Assembly: GCA_040954595.2 (NCBI GenBank)
Contig: CM082597.2
Span: 7,527,849-7,591,848 of the forward strand
Direction: 5' to 3'
DNA from: Balanoglossus misakiensis
Taxonomy: Eukaryota > Animalia > Hemichordata
Length of the DNA: 64,000 nt
This document shows, piece by piece, positions 51,801 to 64,000 of the stretch. Below the pieces are notes generated by a model. That model ran no database searches. It was not told where the DNA came from and saw nothing but the letters and a program-made list of their open reading frames with translations. Made by a program: the position numbers and the translations under genes. Each line of letters opens with the position of its first letter. Position 1 is the stretch's first letter.

Positions 51801-54800
51801 GTAATAACAAAACAAATGAACTATAACAAAGAACATGTTTGTGCATGCATGTGTAATGTCAGTGTGTGTAAGTATGTTTGGTGCATATGATTGTGTGTTC
51901 AGTATGTTTGTGAATGTATTTTTGCATGTGTCATGCCAGTATGTTTTTTTTGCTTTCTGGTATATAACTAACTTTACTTTTTTCTAAAACTACACCGGGA
52001 AATGAGTGCCTTGAATAGCGGTTTACTCTTACTTTTTTCTAAAACTACACCGGATTCTGTCTACAATTTGTTTGACCGTATAGCCTTGGAAACTGCTCTT
52101 GAAATCTTGGTCATTCTCCATTACTGGCCTAACCTGTGCAGCCCTAAAAAAGTCAAACTCTTCTGCTGGAGGCCCCTGCACTGCAACATGAATGAGAGAA
52201 TTCAAATTTCTCTCCGACAGACAATTCCTCAGTGTGGTCTTGACTTTTCTTAACGTGCTGAAACCACGTTCACAATCTGGAAAGAGAAAGAAAAAAAATA
52301 TATTGTTTTATATATTGAATTCGTTGATGATTACATTTTGAATGTTGAAATGATGAAATACTGGTACTTAGCTGCTATATAAACAAAGTTACAAAAGTCT
52401 TACCTGCAGTGGACACTGGGATGACCAATGCAATACTTGCTAGCTTTGCCAGGTTCGGAAACGTCTCTGCAAGGGGCTCAGCCAACAATTTCAACACGTC
52501 ACCTTGGCTGCTACTCCTCTTCTTCCACATGGTTGGCAAAAATGTCTTAAACTCCCTCACACAGGTATCTTTGTCCTCCATGTCTTTGTAATGGGTTGTC
52601 AGCACCTGTTGGGAAAGACAAAGTTAGTTATTAAAATTACACTGCTGTGCAAGTGACTAACTGTGTTGCTTTCTAACATCATGGAATATATTGACTAATA
52701 GAAATTTCCACATTGTGTTTTACATAACTGGTTCATGACCAAGAACAGTTCAACATCGGGAATAGTGGCAAGGGAGAAGATGTTGAATGCATCCAAGATG
52801 TCACTGTTTGGAAATCTGGACTTCAGGTTGAACTTGTCATGAACCTGTTAAAATATAAGTGGTTGTAAGTGAAACTGAAACAAGTGACAGAGCTTTTATT
52901 CTTAAGTGAACTTAAGACATACATGTATATGATTTTGGGACTGCTTGAAATTATGAAAATAATGTCACTTTAATGAGACAAGGCTATAACTACTTACATG
53001 AGTGTTGAAGTGGTCGTAGTCTCTGTCTGCATTCCAGTTGATGTTGAAGCCATTTCTGTTGAGGTCAGCGATGTAAGTCTTTGTACTCCGGGAACCATCA
53101 ACCTGGAATCCAGGACAGCTAAAGTAGTTGCAATCTGTTCTTTAACCCTAAATGCTACTGGGTGTCATATCTGTTTAGAGTCTCAAGTCCCTTAAAATAC
53201 GTATTTGCCACTTTTTATTCTAAAACGTATTTGAACGTCTTGACATGACTCTCCTACGTACTTAAACACACTTGGCAGTCTGAGTCCCCTGTAAAATGTA
53301 CCAAATCGCACTGGTTTGCACTGTATTAGTCTGAGGGTCTTGTATAGGCCCTACTGAATAACACGCACTTGGCAGTCTAACAGGCCTGGGAGCCAGGATT
53401 CTAGGCACACTGGAAATCAAACCAGTTCATACTGACTTGGCAGCGTTAGGGTTAATGCCAATGAAGTCCAGTGCAGATCTCTGTGAAACAAAACAAAAAA
53501 GAAAGTATGAGCATTTACAAAGTATAAATGGGAATGCCAGATATGGCTACCACAATGTATTTTCTGTTCTAACCTTTCCAAACTACACATTTTTAACAAC
53601 CTTTACCTGAAAATACTTCATATGGCTACCACAATGTATTTTCTGTTCTAACCTTTCCAAACTACACATTTTTAAAGGGACAAAGTCTCTCTCTCGCTGC
53701 CCTTTTTTCCATTAATTATATTTGATACAAGACACCGTTTGTTATTCTACATGTGGATATATAGTGAATCAACGTTCAACTGCACACACCTTCCATCCCT
53801 CTTATAGACAGGAGAGTGAAAAAACTCGCCAAAATGAATAATCGTTCTTTACCATTTATTCATTTTGGGCGAGTTTTTACTCTCATATCATACAAGTGGG
53901 ATGGAAGTTTTGTGTGGTTGATCATTGATTCACTATATATCCACATTTACATTAACATAACCAATGTCTTGTATCAAACATAATAATGGAAAAGGGGCAG
54001 GTGGAGAGAGACTTTGTCCCTTTAACAACCTTTACCTGAAAATACTTCGACAGCATTGATGGACCTCTTTCCGGTAACTTGTGGCCCACTTCAGGATCAA
54101 TCTTATCTATGCATTAGATCTGCTTTGCCTGGGAGGAGAGGTGGGGTGCGACTTGAGCAGAAGTTGTAGAACATTCCAAACGAAAAGAGATAGCTCCTTA
54201 CTGAGCTAGCTTTGAGGTTTGGGGTCTTTTCAATACAATTTAGAAGCTTATTCCTCTCCCCCACTGCTTCCAGAGAGCCCAATGCCTGGATAAGGCGGCC
54301 TACTTGTGACCTGTTTTGTTTTGCCGAAGTTTGCGTTTGGCGCCCTCTATCTGCTGTCAAAAGGTGGGGCCTCAAATGAATATAAATTGTCAGTCACATT
54401 TTCAACCTCACCCTCGTCACGCTCGGCTGGGGGAATAATACGCTTGTATCGCTTACAATTTGTACATGTAGCTCTTGGAACCCTCTGTTGGGATGTATGT
54501 AGACATCCTCGGCTAAAATAATATTTTGCAAGAAGCCAAAAACTGAATCTGGTAACATTGAGGCCAGTCTAGAAATACCTGTCAAACAACAATTTTTAAC
54601 AAAGACCACCTGCTCATCTGCTAGTATTGGACATTTTTTCTCTGCAAGAATGGTATGAACTGTAGCCCTGTAAACTTTGTCTGACAATAATTCATTCTGA
54701 AACCAGGTTTCTACAGCACAGACAATATCATATTGGTTGAAATATTCAATAATGGAGTTATCATACGGGATGAACCTTGTTCATGTACGTTCCATGAAAG

Positions 54801-57800
54801 AAAATAAAAAAATCTTTTGATCAAATTGTCCAACTGGACCTTGGCCACCGCTCTATCTCAGACGATCATTTCTAATGACAGTCTCGGTCTTTTCATCATA
54901 ACTGTACAGAATCTTGGTTCTGTTCTCATAAGCCACAAGCCTCTTGTAATTTACAAGGGCCTTTATTTTGTTACTGATCAGTTCTTTACACTTAACACTC
55001 TCTTGAAGAAGAATAAAAAAGTACCAGCTGAAACCCATTAATTTGGGGAAAACAAAAGAAACTCATTATCATAACACTTATTATAGTGTTATGCTAATTA
55101 GCCTATACTGTACGAGAAATCCCTTGGGAGAACACTGGGCTATATGTTTGAAAAAATGTTTAATATGAAATGATTTTCTGCAAAATCCATTGTGTCAACA
55201 CAGTTTATGAATATATATTTTTTAAGGGACAAAGTGTCTCTCTCGCTGCCCTTTTTTCCATTAATTATATTTGATACAAGACAACGTTTATGTTAATGTA
55301 CATGTGGATATGTAGTGAATGCTCGTGTCTACAACTTAGTACAAGTGGGTTGGACGTTGTGTGTGGACGAACATTGATTCTCTTTACATCCACATGTAGA
55401 ATAACATAAACAATGTCTTGTACATGTATGAAACAACGGAAAAAGGGCAGCGAGAGATAGACTTTGTCCCTTTAAGTAAGTACTGTAAACCACCATCACA
55501 TATTACATGTAGGCTGTAGATCTCCATGTTGAAATCCCTTGTCATGACCAACACAGATAAATGTCTGTGCTTGTACAATGTACATCTACGTTTACTGTAA
55601 AATTTGGTTCATGTAGTGTTTATGCTCCATTCAAGATTGGGCAACATTGGTGAATGATTTGAGAATTTTAATAATGACTGAATTGATATACCTAGAGGAT
55701 CCACAGAGCAGGTGCACAAACAGAGAATGCTCTCTGCCTTATTAAAGTTTCCACGAGGTGGCACCACCCGCAAAGAGTCAGCTGATCTGAGATCTCTGTC
55801 GTTTAAAAACTCATCTTTTTAATCATATTTGTGATTGAATTTTTTAGGATCATCTTCTGTATGGTTTTTAGACGAACTTTTAATTGGGAATTTTAACTGA
55901 GACTTTTTTTGCTGCTTTTATGATTCTTTTATCACCGTCTTTGTAACTCGCACTGAGACGTATGTGTAGTGCGTGTAAGAAATAAATATTATTATTATTA
56001 TTATTATCTCCGTGGTAAAATGACTGGGGAACATTTACCTGGTACCGCCCTCATCAGAAACACTTTCTTACCTTATGCCAGATTGGTCTGTTGTGGTCTG
56101 GTCACTTCCGGTTGAGTAACAACATGTTATTGTCAAATTTAACCTCTGTGAACTTGAAGGGACAAAGTCTCTCTCTCGCTGCCCTTTTCCATTATTTATG
56201 TTTGATACAAGACATTGTTTATGTTAATGTACATGTGGATATATAGTGAATCAACGTTCAACCACACACAACTTCCATTCCACTTGTAGACAAGAGAGTG
56301 AAAAACTTGCCAAAATGAATAACAGTCTCTATCATTTATTCAATTTGGGCGAGTTTTTACTCTCATATCATAGAAGTGAGAGGGAAGTTGTGTGTGGTTG
56401 AACGTTCATTCACTACATACAATGTATACATGTACACAATGTACATTAACATAAATGGTGTCTTGTATCAAACATAATTAATGGGAAAAAGGGCAGCGAG
56501 AGAGACACTTTGTCCTTTTAATGTTCTAATAAACTGTTTTCCTTTGTTTTTCTAATAGTGACATTATTCCTAGTGCAGTATGGCTGGTATCTATTATTTG
56601 GGCTGATTGTGCTGATGTTCTTAAAGAAGAAATTTGAACCCAAGTTACAGAAATTGCAGAAGAAAAGAGAAGATCAGTACTACGCACAGCGTTATGGTGA
56701 GTTTTTACTAAGATAGGACATGTAGTATGTACCTCCAGTGTTTCATCTAGAGGGGGGATGGGGGGATTCACCCCCTGTTGACATGTTGGCACCCCTAGCA
56801 ATTTGTCAAGGGGGGGACCAGTGCCCCTTCAAATGATGTCAGTCACATGTTAAAGATATTACATTCCCTCCTTAGTCCTCATAACCTTTCAATTCCTTGC
56901 TATATATTAAAGCCCTTATAGCTGCCAAATTTCACAATTTTTTTTCCACTATTAAAAACTTTAAATATATTCTGTATCCTCTAAAATAATTACCATTAAC
57001 CCTAACGCTACTGGGTGTCATATGTGTTTAGAGTGTCAAGTCCCTTAATACATACATGTATTTGCCACATTTACTTCTAAAATGTTTATTGACTGTCTTG
57101 ACATGACTCTCCTACGTACTTAAACACACTTGGCAGTCTGAACCTCCCAGAAAATGAACCAAATCGCACTGGTTTGTACTGTATTGGTCTGAGGGTCTTG
57201 TATAGGCCCTACTGATTAACACACACTTGGCAGTATAACAGGCCTGGGTGCCAGGATTCTAGGCACACTGGAAATCAAACCAGTTTCAACTGACTTGGCA
57301 GCATTAGGGTTAATGGAAAAGGGGCAGCCAGAGAGAGACTTTGTCCCTTTAAAATATGTGTACAACACTTTGCATAATAGTTAAGTCAGTGTTGAAATAA
57401 AATCCAAATTGGTTGTCTACTGCAGATGCCCAAACAACACAGGCAAGACACGAAGCTATGATGGCAGCACGATTACGAATGCAAGAAGAACATGATGAAA
57501 AAGCCAGGATAGCTGAGGAAGAAAGACAAAAGGTTTGTGTCATGTGTAACCAACATTCACTAACATTACAATTGGTACTTTGGAAAGTTTGGGCCGGGGG
57601 ACCGCGCAAACTTTGCGACCGGCTGATGCTCTTGTCGTAGTCTTACTCCGAGTTGCAGGGCCTTTCTTGGCGACGGGACTGGGCTCTATACCCAAATCTA
57701 GCAGCTGTTGATCTGCGTTCTCCATGTTATCGGTGTCAACTGCCCAAGAAATTGAGGCGGAAGAGAGTGAGCACTGCAGGAGACATTAAAAAATCTCAAG

Positions 57801-60800
57801 TAACTGTGAGTGATGGATTGTGGGATAGTTGATGCTCACATATGGTTGAGGGCGCCCCTTTTTCGAGTTGCTTAATTCTCCCAACCTTAAATAGGTTTTG
57901 GCAACCTAGGTGGGTGATAAAAATATCACATGGTCGACACAATTTCAAGATGGCCGATTTTTGCCATGTTTAAGGAATAGGAGTTCATAAGCTAAAGTAA
58001 TGATGGGTCATTCTGAAACTTTTTAATAGAAAAAATAACAAAATGTGAAAAAGGTTTAATGAGTTTAATATGGTAACCAGGGCTCGAAATTAACTTTTTT
58101 CACTGGTAGTCCACTTGGGCTACCATTTTCTGAAGTTGGTAGCCCCGTGACAAGGTCTGGTAGCCCGCACACCTTTTCAATGAAGAGTGATATTTTTTTT
58201 CTGTGAAGGATATTTTTTTCATCAATCTCATAAGAAAAAAATAAAAATATTTTTTTTTCATGATTGACTTGTGCTCATGAATTTTTTTTCTAGTACCTGG
58301 CTGGCTGCATGCAGATCATACCCTGTATAAGAATAGCATGTACATGTCCAGACAAGGGCGACACCCAAAAGTTTGATGACCTATTAATACGCAGAGGTTA
58401 TATGCACATTTTTACATTCGCCATGACAACGACCACAGTGATCAGCAGGGGAGGAGACATAACAAGACTAAAAATAGACTACAGTTATTAGCCATGAATT
58501 TCAGAATGACAACGGTACAATCGCGTTCAGATATTGATACTTTTATTAAAAGTTTGTATCAAACATTCTCCTGCACGCACTGTGGATTTTAATTTGCATA
58601 ACAATGTCACAGTCTTGCTGTACAGTGCTGGTTTGATCGGGCCGTGTACGCGTGTGAGCGTTGATCAGGTCAAAGCGATCAACATCGCGTCGATCGCACA
58701 CGCAAAGTTTTGGTAGTCCGCGGGGGCTACCATTACGCAGATTTTGGTAGCCCCAGGGAAAAGTTGGTAGTCTGTGGACGCGGGACTACCGCTAATTTCG
58801 AGCCCTGTGGTAACTACAAAGACAGACATGTTTGACCCAAGGAAGTCATGAAATACAGTAAACATATCATTTCTTCTATCTCTTACTACAGTTGGTTATG
58901 GACTTTTCGCCCAGAATGCAATGGGATTTGACCCCCTAGCGCAAAGTGAAAACCTATTTAAGGTACCCACAATTGGGTAACATTATTCACAGTTGTTCAA
59001 AATGTTACCTAAATTGACAACTGCTATCTGAAATTCCTATGGTGAAGATTTTCCTGACCATTATTTCATTGTGTCTTGATTCTTTAACCCTTTCACCCCC
59101 AGTTCCCTCTTTAGAGGTCCAACCTTACCATAGAAATCAATAGGTTTGGACTGAAACATGTAGGTGAGAGGGTTAAATGGTGTGATTAGCAGTTAGACGG
59201 CAATGGGCAAGTTTTCTAGGTGATTTCCAACTTGATTTTTACAATCCGTGGTACAAAATAATACTATGTTAGCTGGATAAAGTGATTCCCATTGGCATCT
59301 TTTTGCAGCCACACCGTTTTGTATTAAGCATCGTCAAATTATTTTTGACTTTTTCTAAATTAGCATCACTGTCCCAAATAATGTCAAGTTCCCCATTGCT
59401 AAGTCTGTATCGATAATCACTGAAAGAGGGAAATATAACATGGCTCTGATTGGCCTGGGACCATAACTGAGAGACCCAGCATGACCTTTTCCTGTGCAGT
59501 TCTAGGGCTTCAAAGGAAGGGATGTATTCTTCCTCATATTGAGACAAGCAGTAGCAGGGAAATAGGCTTCTTTCTGAAAACGTTGAGGGACAGACAAATG
59601 ACGATGGATATTCATCCTATGTGAAAAGTTCTGCCTCACTGACTGGAAAAAACTAGATTGTTTTTGAGGTCAACAATTTTTTGGCAGACATGTTGGCTCA
59701 AAGCATTAGTTCATTCACACCGTCACAGAAACATTCCTTATCCATACTGTACTTAACCAGTGATCTCTGATTGATTGCAATAAAAAAAAAAAGATTTTCT
59801 TTACAATATTTTTAAATAATAATAATAATGATATTTATTTATTTAGAAACGCCTTCCATGAATGGAACATCTCAAGGCACCTCACAAGACACAATAAAAA
59901 AAATACAGCCAATAATTAAAAACCTACACAATATCAATCTTAAAAAGATAGGTGTTGAGATTTGACTTAAAAACATGAAAATTACCAGACGTTCTGACCC
60001 CAAAAGGCAGTGTGTTCCACAAACATGGGGCACAGACAGAAAAAGGACACTCGTCATAGTAAACAGTGTTAGAAATCGGTTGATGCAAACTTATTACCCA
60101 CTCAGTAGTTGAACACAGCAAATGACCAGGGGTGTGAACATTCAATAAATCCGTTAAATAGGCAGGTGCCATACCATGAACAACTTAATAAGTCAAACAA
60201 AGAATTTGAATTGTGTCCGCGTATATACATGAAGCCAATGCAGACTAGAAAGTATTGGCGACCAGGTTTGAACTTGAACACTTCACCACTATTACTCTTT
60301 CTGTTTATGAATGATGGATTTATCTGCAACACACAGGTGTTGTTTATTTAGTCTTCTAAATGCCTGCAATGTGGAAAGAAAATGTATATTGACTCTTTTG
60401 GGGTCAGGAAATGAGTATACCACTGGTTTGGTAATAAAGGGAATTTAACAGCAAACTTTGTTTTAACTATCAAACATTTTCTAAAACTTTACAGGGAAAT
60501 TAATTCTGATAGTTACAATTCTTCCTGCATGAGCATATCTCAGAGTATGACTCCGATCATTGTCTGTGTAGCTACCATGTGTTTATTTCTGCCATTCAGG
60601 AGTACTGCAACTGCAGTGCAAATGACAGATCCATTTTCTCCAACTCTTTGAGCCGGCATTGTTGCTTTGAGAAATTCAGTCAATGTTGGTGCTCTCAAAT
60701 GAAGTTCAGCATATGCTTTCTTGAAAGAGAAATTCTCCAGGTCTTCTTCCCATTCTTCCTGAACATGTAGACTTTTGAGTTGTTTCGCATAGGCTAGCTA

Positions 60801-63715
60801 GCCCGTTCTTCGTTGATTATTTTCACAAATCGCCTCTTTATATTGCTGAATAGTTGACTGCAATCTACATGTAGTATTAATGCATCAGCCATACTCCTCA
60901 CCGACTGCTTTGTTCTGAGTACCACGACCGCTTTTGGTGATGAAACATAGTGTGGCACCTGAAAATTGGCAGTCTTGTCCAAAACTAATGCCAAGAGAAC
61001 CAAAATGGTTGAACTTCATATCAAATTGTGAATTGGAAACAAGTAAGCCATGAGTGTAATATGGTGTAAAACACCACAAGTGAAATGTACACAAGTATAC
61101 ATTGGCTGAAAAACTTGGCCATACTTTTAAAATATACAACTCTACTATGTATGAACATGTCTTTATTTCAATTTTGAATTGTTTAAATGCTTAAAATAGT
61201 CCAAATTGCCTGAAAACAGCTCTATAATATCTACATGTAGTGGAAAAAATGGCCTAGTCCACAACCCTTCAGCCTGACCCACTCTAATGGCAACATGGTT
61301 TGAATTACTTTCCCTCATTACACTTGCATATTGTCTTTGTTGTATTCATCATTACTTGAACCAAGATACAACTGAAGTTCTTACCCCAATCTGATTAAAA
61401 TCAGATGTAGGGAACGGCGACTTGGTTTTTTTTATGCTGTCGCCTCACACTACATCTGACCAACTCTCACTGGAGCTCCTGTTGAAATCGTGCATTCGAC
61501 CTGGCCAATTAGATTGACTGTTATGTCGACCAAAGAATTGCACTGGGAGATGGGAGAAATTTTGTAGTGTGAGGCGACAGCATAAAAAAAACCAAGTCGC
61601 CGTTCCCTACATCTGATTTTAATCAGATTGTTCTTACCCATGCTCTCATCAGCTCTTACCTGGACAATACCAATTCCATTTTATATGGCATGTCGGATTA
61701 CCTTTTTGATAAATTACAACATGCTCGGAATGATGCAGTGAGAAAGTATGATGCTGTGACCGACTCATTGATTCAACAACACTGGCTTGCGGTTAGGGCC
61801 AGGGTCAATTTCAAAATCATATTGCAGGTTTTCAAGGCTTTACATGGTACATGGCACCACAGTATATCAGTGTTTCATCTAGACAGGGGGATTCGCCCCC
61901 TGTTGACAAATTGGCAAGGGGGGACCAGTGCCCCTGAAAATGACGTCACTCACATGTAAGAGATTCCCCCCTTGCCAGAGTGAAATCTCCCCCCCCCCCC
62001 CAAATATTCTTGTAAAGGTGACATATCCCTATGAGGTAACTGGGGATGAAAAGTTGAAAATTTAGGGGTTACATATACATGTGTTAAAAAAAATCAAGCA
62101 CAACGACCAGGGTAGCTTTATTCATTTGCTGTGTTTATTTTTTTTAGCTGTGTAAATTTCATGAAAATTACAAAATTAGCATTTCTCAATGTATGGTTAT
62201 GGAAAGAAAATACTCCAATGTTCTCATAGTGCATATACATTTACATTCTTAAAATGACGCAATCATGTGTTCTGATTTACTTCTGTAGAAAGAAGAAGAA
62301 AAAAGACAAGCAAAAATAGAAGATTGGGAACGACATAAGCAGGGAAAAGGATATAAATCAAAATTATATAAATCAGAGGTGAGAATATAAAATCGAATTG
62401 CAGTATATTGTTTTGTCAGATCTCTTGCGTTTGAATCAAGTTTTATTCTGTGATCCTGTGAGATCTCCAACTTTTCTACCATTCACAGAGTTTGTACTGT
62501 AATTGCACGATTTCTCTTTGAAACACTTTCTTATCTTATGCCAGATTGGTCTGTTGTGGTCTGGTCACTGCCAGTTGAGTAACAACATGTTATTGTCAAA
62601 TTTAACCACTGTTCAGCTGCCAAATTTGAAATACTTCAAACAACCTCCCCATCCTTTAAAATCCTCACCATTAGGCCCTATAAGCCATATTATACTTTGT
62701 GTTTGCATCAGTTTGTCATCTCTTGGGGATGCATTCTGTGAGAGTTGTGTATTCTTTGTATGATGTCCCATTAAATGGGTGTGGTACCCATTTAAGATGT
62801 CACTTGTTCAAATTGCAACGATTCTGTTATAGCTTTCGCTAAGATGAGCTTTTTAGATGGACCAATCTAAGCTAGAAAGTAAATGCAGATAAAAAAGTGG
62901 TAGCTTTTGGGGCTTTAATTTTAATATAAAACAGTTATAATGATTTTGACTACTTTTCAATTTTGAATATACATTATAATACACTTAACGTGTATATTCT
63001 GCGCTTCTTCACAGGATAAAGCATCAACTCCAAATTCAACGAGCAGTAACAGCGAACAGAAACCCAAACCTTCTTTGAGACAAAATGGTTTGTGAATGAT
63101 ATATTCTTCATCAATTTAAATTACATGTGTACTGTAAAAGCATTAATGTTTCACTGTTTTCGCTGGTTGATGCAACCCCCAAAAATAAATTCAAGTGAAA
63201 ATATAAAATGGGAATAGAACTCATTGTTTCATAGCCAACTTCTGAAATTTTAAACATAGTGAATGTCAGCCAAACATGAAACCTGTCAATTTAAATCCTG
63301 GTGAAAATTAATGCTTTTACAGTATTCAAAGTCATCAGCAGCCCCCATTCCCTCAATCATACAGTTGTGAGTTGCTGAACTGGGTCCATCAATTTCTTGC
63401 TAGATTTACATCAATCTGATTCAAATCAGATTTAGGGAACGGAGATCTATTTTACTTGCACTGAGCGGTATTACATGTATTCTGTTGCCACACACTACAT
63501 CTGACATCGACTAACCCCAATGGAAGTTCAAAAAAATCTAGTGTGAAAATATCTTCACTTTTAAATGGAATGGCTCTAAACCGATAAAATATTCAACAAG
63601 TCCACTTGACACTTTGCAATTTATATTTTCAGATTACAATCCATTGATGGGAGGAGGCGGGGGTGGTTTCCGTCCATCGCGGCGCAGTGGATTTGGTGGA
63701 GGGGGATGAGGTTAA
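48897..63715 (+). CDS. SELENOS: Selenoprotein S (VIMP), 193 aa with Sec as the penultimate residue
   Basis: join(48897..48987,56559..56696,57426..57532,62289..62378,63015..63087,63633..63715) = 582 nt. TM segment YGWYLLFGLIVLMFL; coiled coil EAMMAARLRMQEE..EEEKRQAKIEDWE..GKGYK; C-terminus YNPLMGGGGGGFRPSRR..GGGG-TGA(63707-63709)-GGT-TAA matches the SelS GGUG* ending. Confidence 0.95.
49332..49535. mobile_element. 204-bp Mutator-like MITE carrying inward-facing TTAGGG/CCCTAA repeats
   Basis: 9-bp TSD gtctgtgtg (49323-49331, 49536-49544); TIR GGATCTGGTTC.CTTAGTGGACACGACTATACCCCATGGC. Confidence 0.85.
50764..51230. mobile_element. Possible MITE
   Basis: Imperfect TIR CAGAGTGTGTTAAACCCCGGTG / CACCGGGGTTTAAGAACATGATG; no clear TSD. 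Confidence 0.45.
52100..53485 (-). pseudogene. Intron-containing hAT (ZNF862-like) transposase remnant inside SELENOS intron 1
   Basis: Spliced pieces read NLKSRFPNSDILDAFNIF, FPNLAKLASIALVIPVSTA|DCERGFSTLRKVKTTLRNCL (hAT dimerisation domain), with a GT-AG intron between 52404 and 52276. It is interrupted by a piggyBac-like MITE. Confidence 0.8.
54100..54500 (-). mobile_element. Crypton-like tyrosine-recombinase N-terminal remnant
   Basis: LLTADRGRQTQTSAKQNRSQVGRLI..KASSVRSYLFSFGMFYNF resembles the core-binding region of animal Crypton YRs. No catalytic domain was seen. Confidence 0.45.
58078..58807. mobile_element. 730-bp non-autonomous DNA transposon (P-like or hAT-like) nested in the 57885-58963 MITE
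   Basis: TIR CAGGGCTCGAAATTA and 7-bp TSD tggtaac (58071-58077, 58808-58814). The empty site is visible in the 44337-44679 copy. Confidence 0.8.
59230..59760 (-). mobile_element. Academ-like transposase C-terminal remnant
   Basis: IPSFEALELHRKRSCWVSQLWSQA..LDIIWDS..CGCKK fits the PxxxALxLHxxR..W.QA..W..CGCK pattern; disrupted by stops. Possibly related decayed coding sequence lies at ~60190-61140. Confidence 0.55.
59815..60180 (-). mobile_element. L2/CR1-type LINE 3' fragment
   Basis: HGMAPAYLTDLL..FSVCAPCLWNTLP..FKSNLNTYLF, then a 3' stem (gccttgag..aaggcg) and an (ATT)n tail. Confidence 0.8.
61352..61858 (+). mobile_element. L2/CR1-type LINE RT C-terminal fragment, interrupted by a MITE
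   Basis: YLNQDTTEVLTHALISSYLDNTNSILYG..KLQ..HWLAVRARVNFKIILQVFKALHG. Confidence 0.8.
61387..61630. mobile_element. 244-bp long-TIR MITE with a 9-bp TSD (Mutator-like); partial copy at ~63412-63510
   Basis: TSD ttcttaccc (61378-61386, 61631-61639); ~65-bp near-perfect TIR CAATCTGATTAAAATCAGATGTAGGGAACGGCGACTTGG. Confidence 0.85.
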
Positions 63716-64000
63716 GAAATGTACACAATAATGACTGTCACATGATGAACACATGACTTGCCACTCATTTTACCACAATGTGTTTAAATAGTCACAATTT
63801 CCAACCTTCAGCAATGTCTCCGTTCTGTATGGTGTAACTAAAGCCCCAATAGCTGCCACTGTTGGCATATTTTTTAATGAAAAAATACTTGAATCTTGTT
63901 CATATCTTTAGTCAGCAATTGACAACATTTTGAATTTGTGGAGATTATAATAACCACGTCCACATACTGCGATAGTTTTGTGCTCTTGCAATGGACGACT

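Noticed and set aside
44971-55764. CTCF-like motifs (CCAGTAGAGGGCG at 44971, CCACGAGGTGGCAC at 55751)
   Set aside because: Plausible matches, but short motifs occur by chance and cannot be supported without ChIP or conservation data.
57540-57790. GC-rich minus-strand ORF resembling a retroelement gag start
   Set aside because: Too short, with no diagnostic motif, termini or second copy.
24664-63715. ERAD gene cluster (RING ligase plus SELENOS)
   Set aside because: The two genes are 23 kb apart and separated by an unrelated gene; there is no evidence beyond coincidence without synteny data.
63870-63940. Candidate SECIS (ATGA..AA..TGA)
   Set aside because: Helix II pairs poorly, the apical region is too long, and the segment adjoins MITE-like sequence.

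Overview
AT-rich, intron-rich animal genomic DNA. The repeat and protein repertoire suggests an invertebrate deuterostome such as a hemichordate, which is inference only. Manual splicing (GT-AG sites, phase-checked) gives seven protein-coding genes. (1-3) Three tandem paralogues at 7.2-15.5 kb encode a signal peptide plus an unrecognised ~140-aa domain with 8 conserved Cys; two appear soluble and one GPI-anchored. (4) A type II Golgi carbohydrate sulfotransferase. (5) A multi-TM RING-H2 ligase (RNF145/TRC8-like) with an uninterrupted CDS on the minus strand. (6) A 15-exon, ~963-aa secreted mosaic protein (PAN, trefoil, WSC-like, pentraxin, 2x HYR, polycystin-1-like GAIN/GPS) that ends just after the GPS cleavage site with no transmembrane region. 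(7) Selenoprotein S (6 exons, C-terminal GG-U-G-stop). The rest is dense with MITEs (TTAA, TTA, TA, 7-bp and 9-bp TSD classes, several nested), decayed Penelope, L2, hAT, Crypton-like and Academ-like remnants, microsatellites and a 139-bp tandem array. No rRNA, tRNA or CRISPR array was seen. All domain and family calls come from motif recognition by eye, not from database searches.
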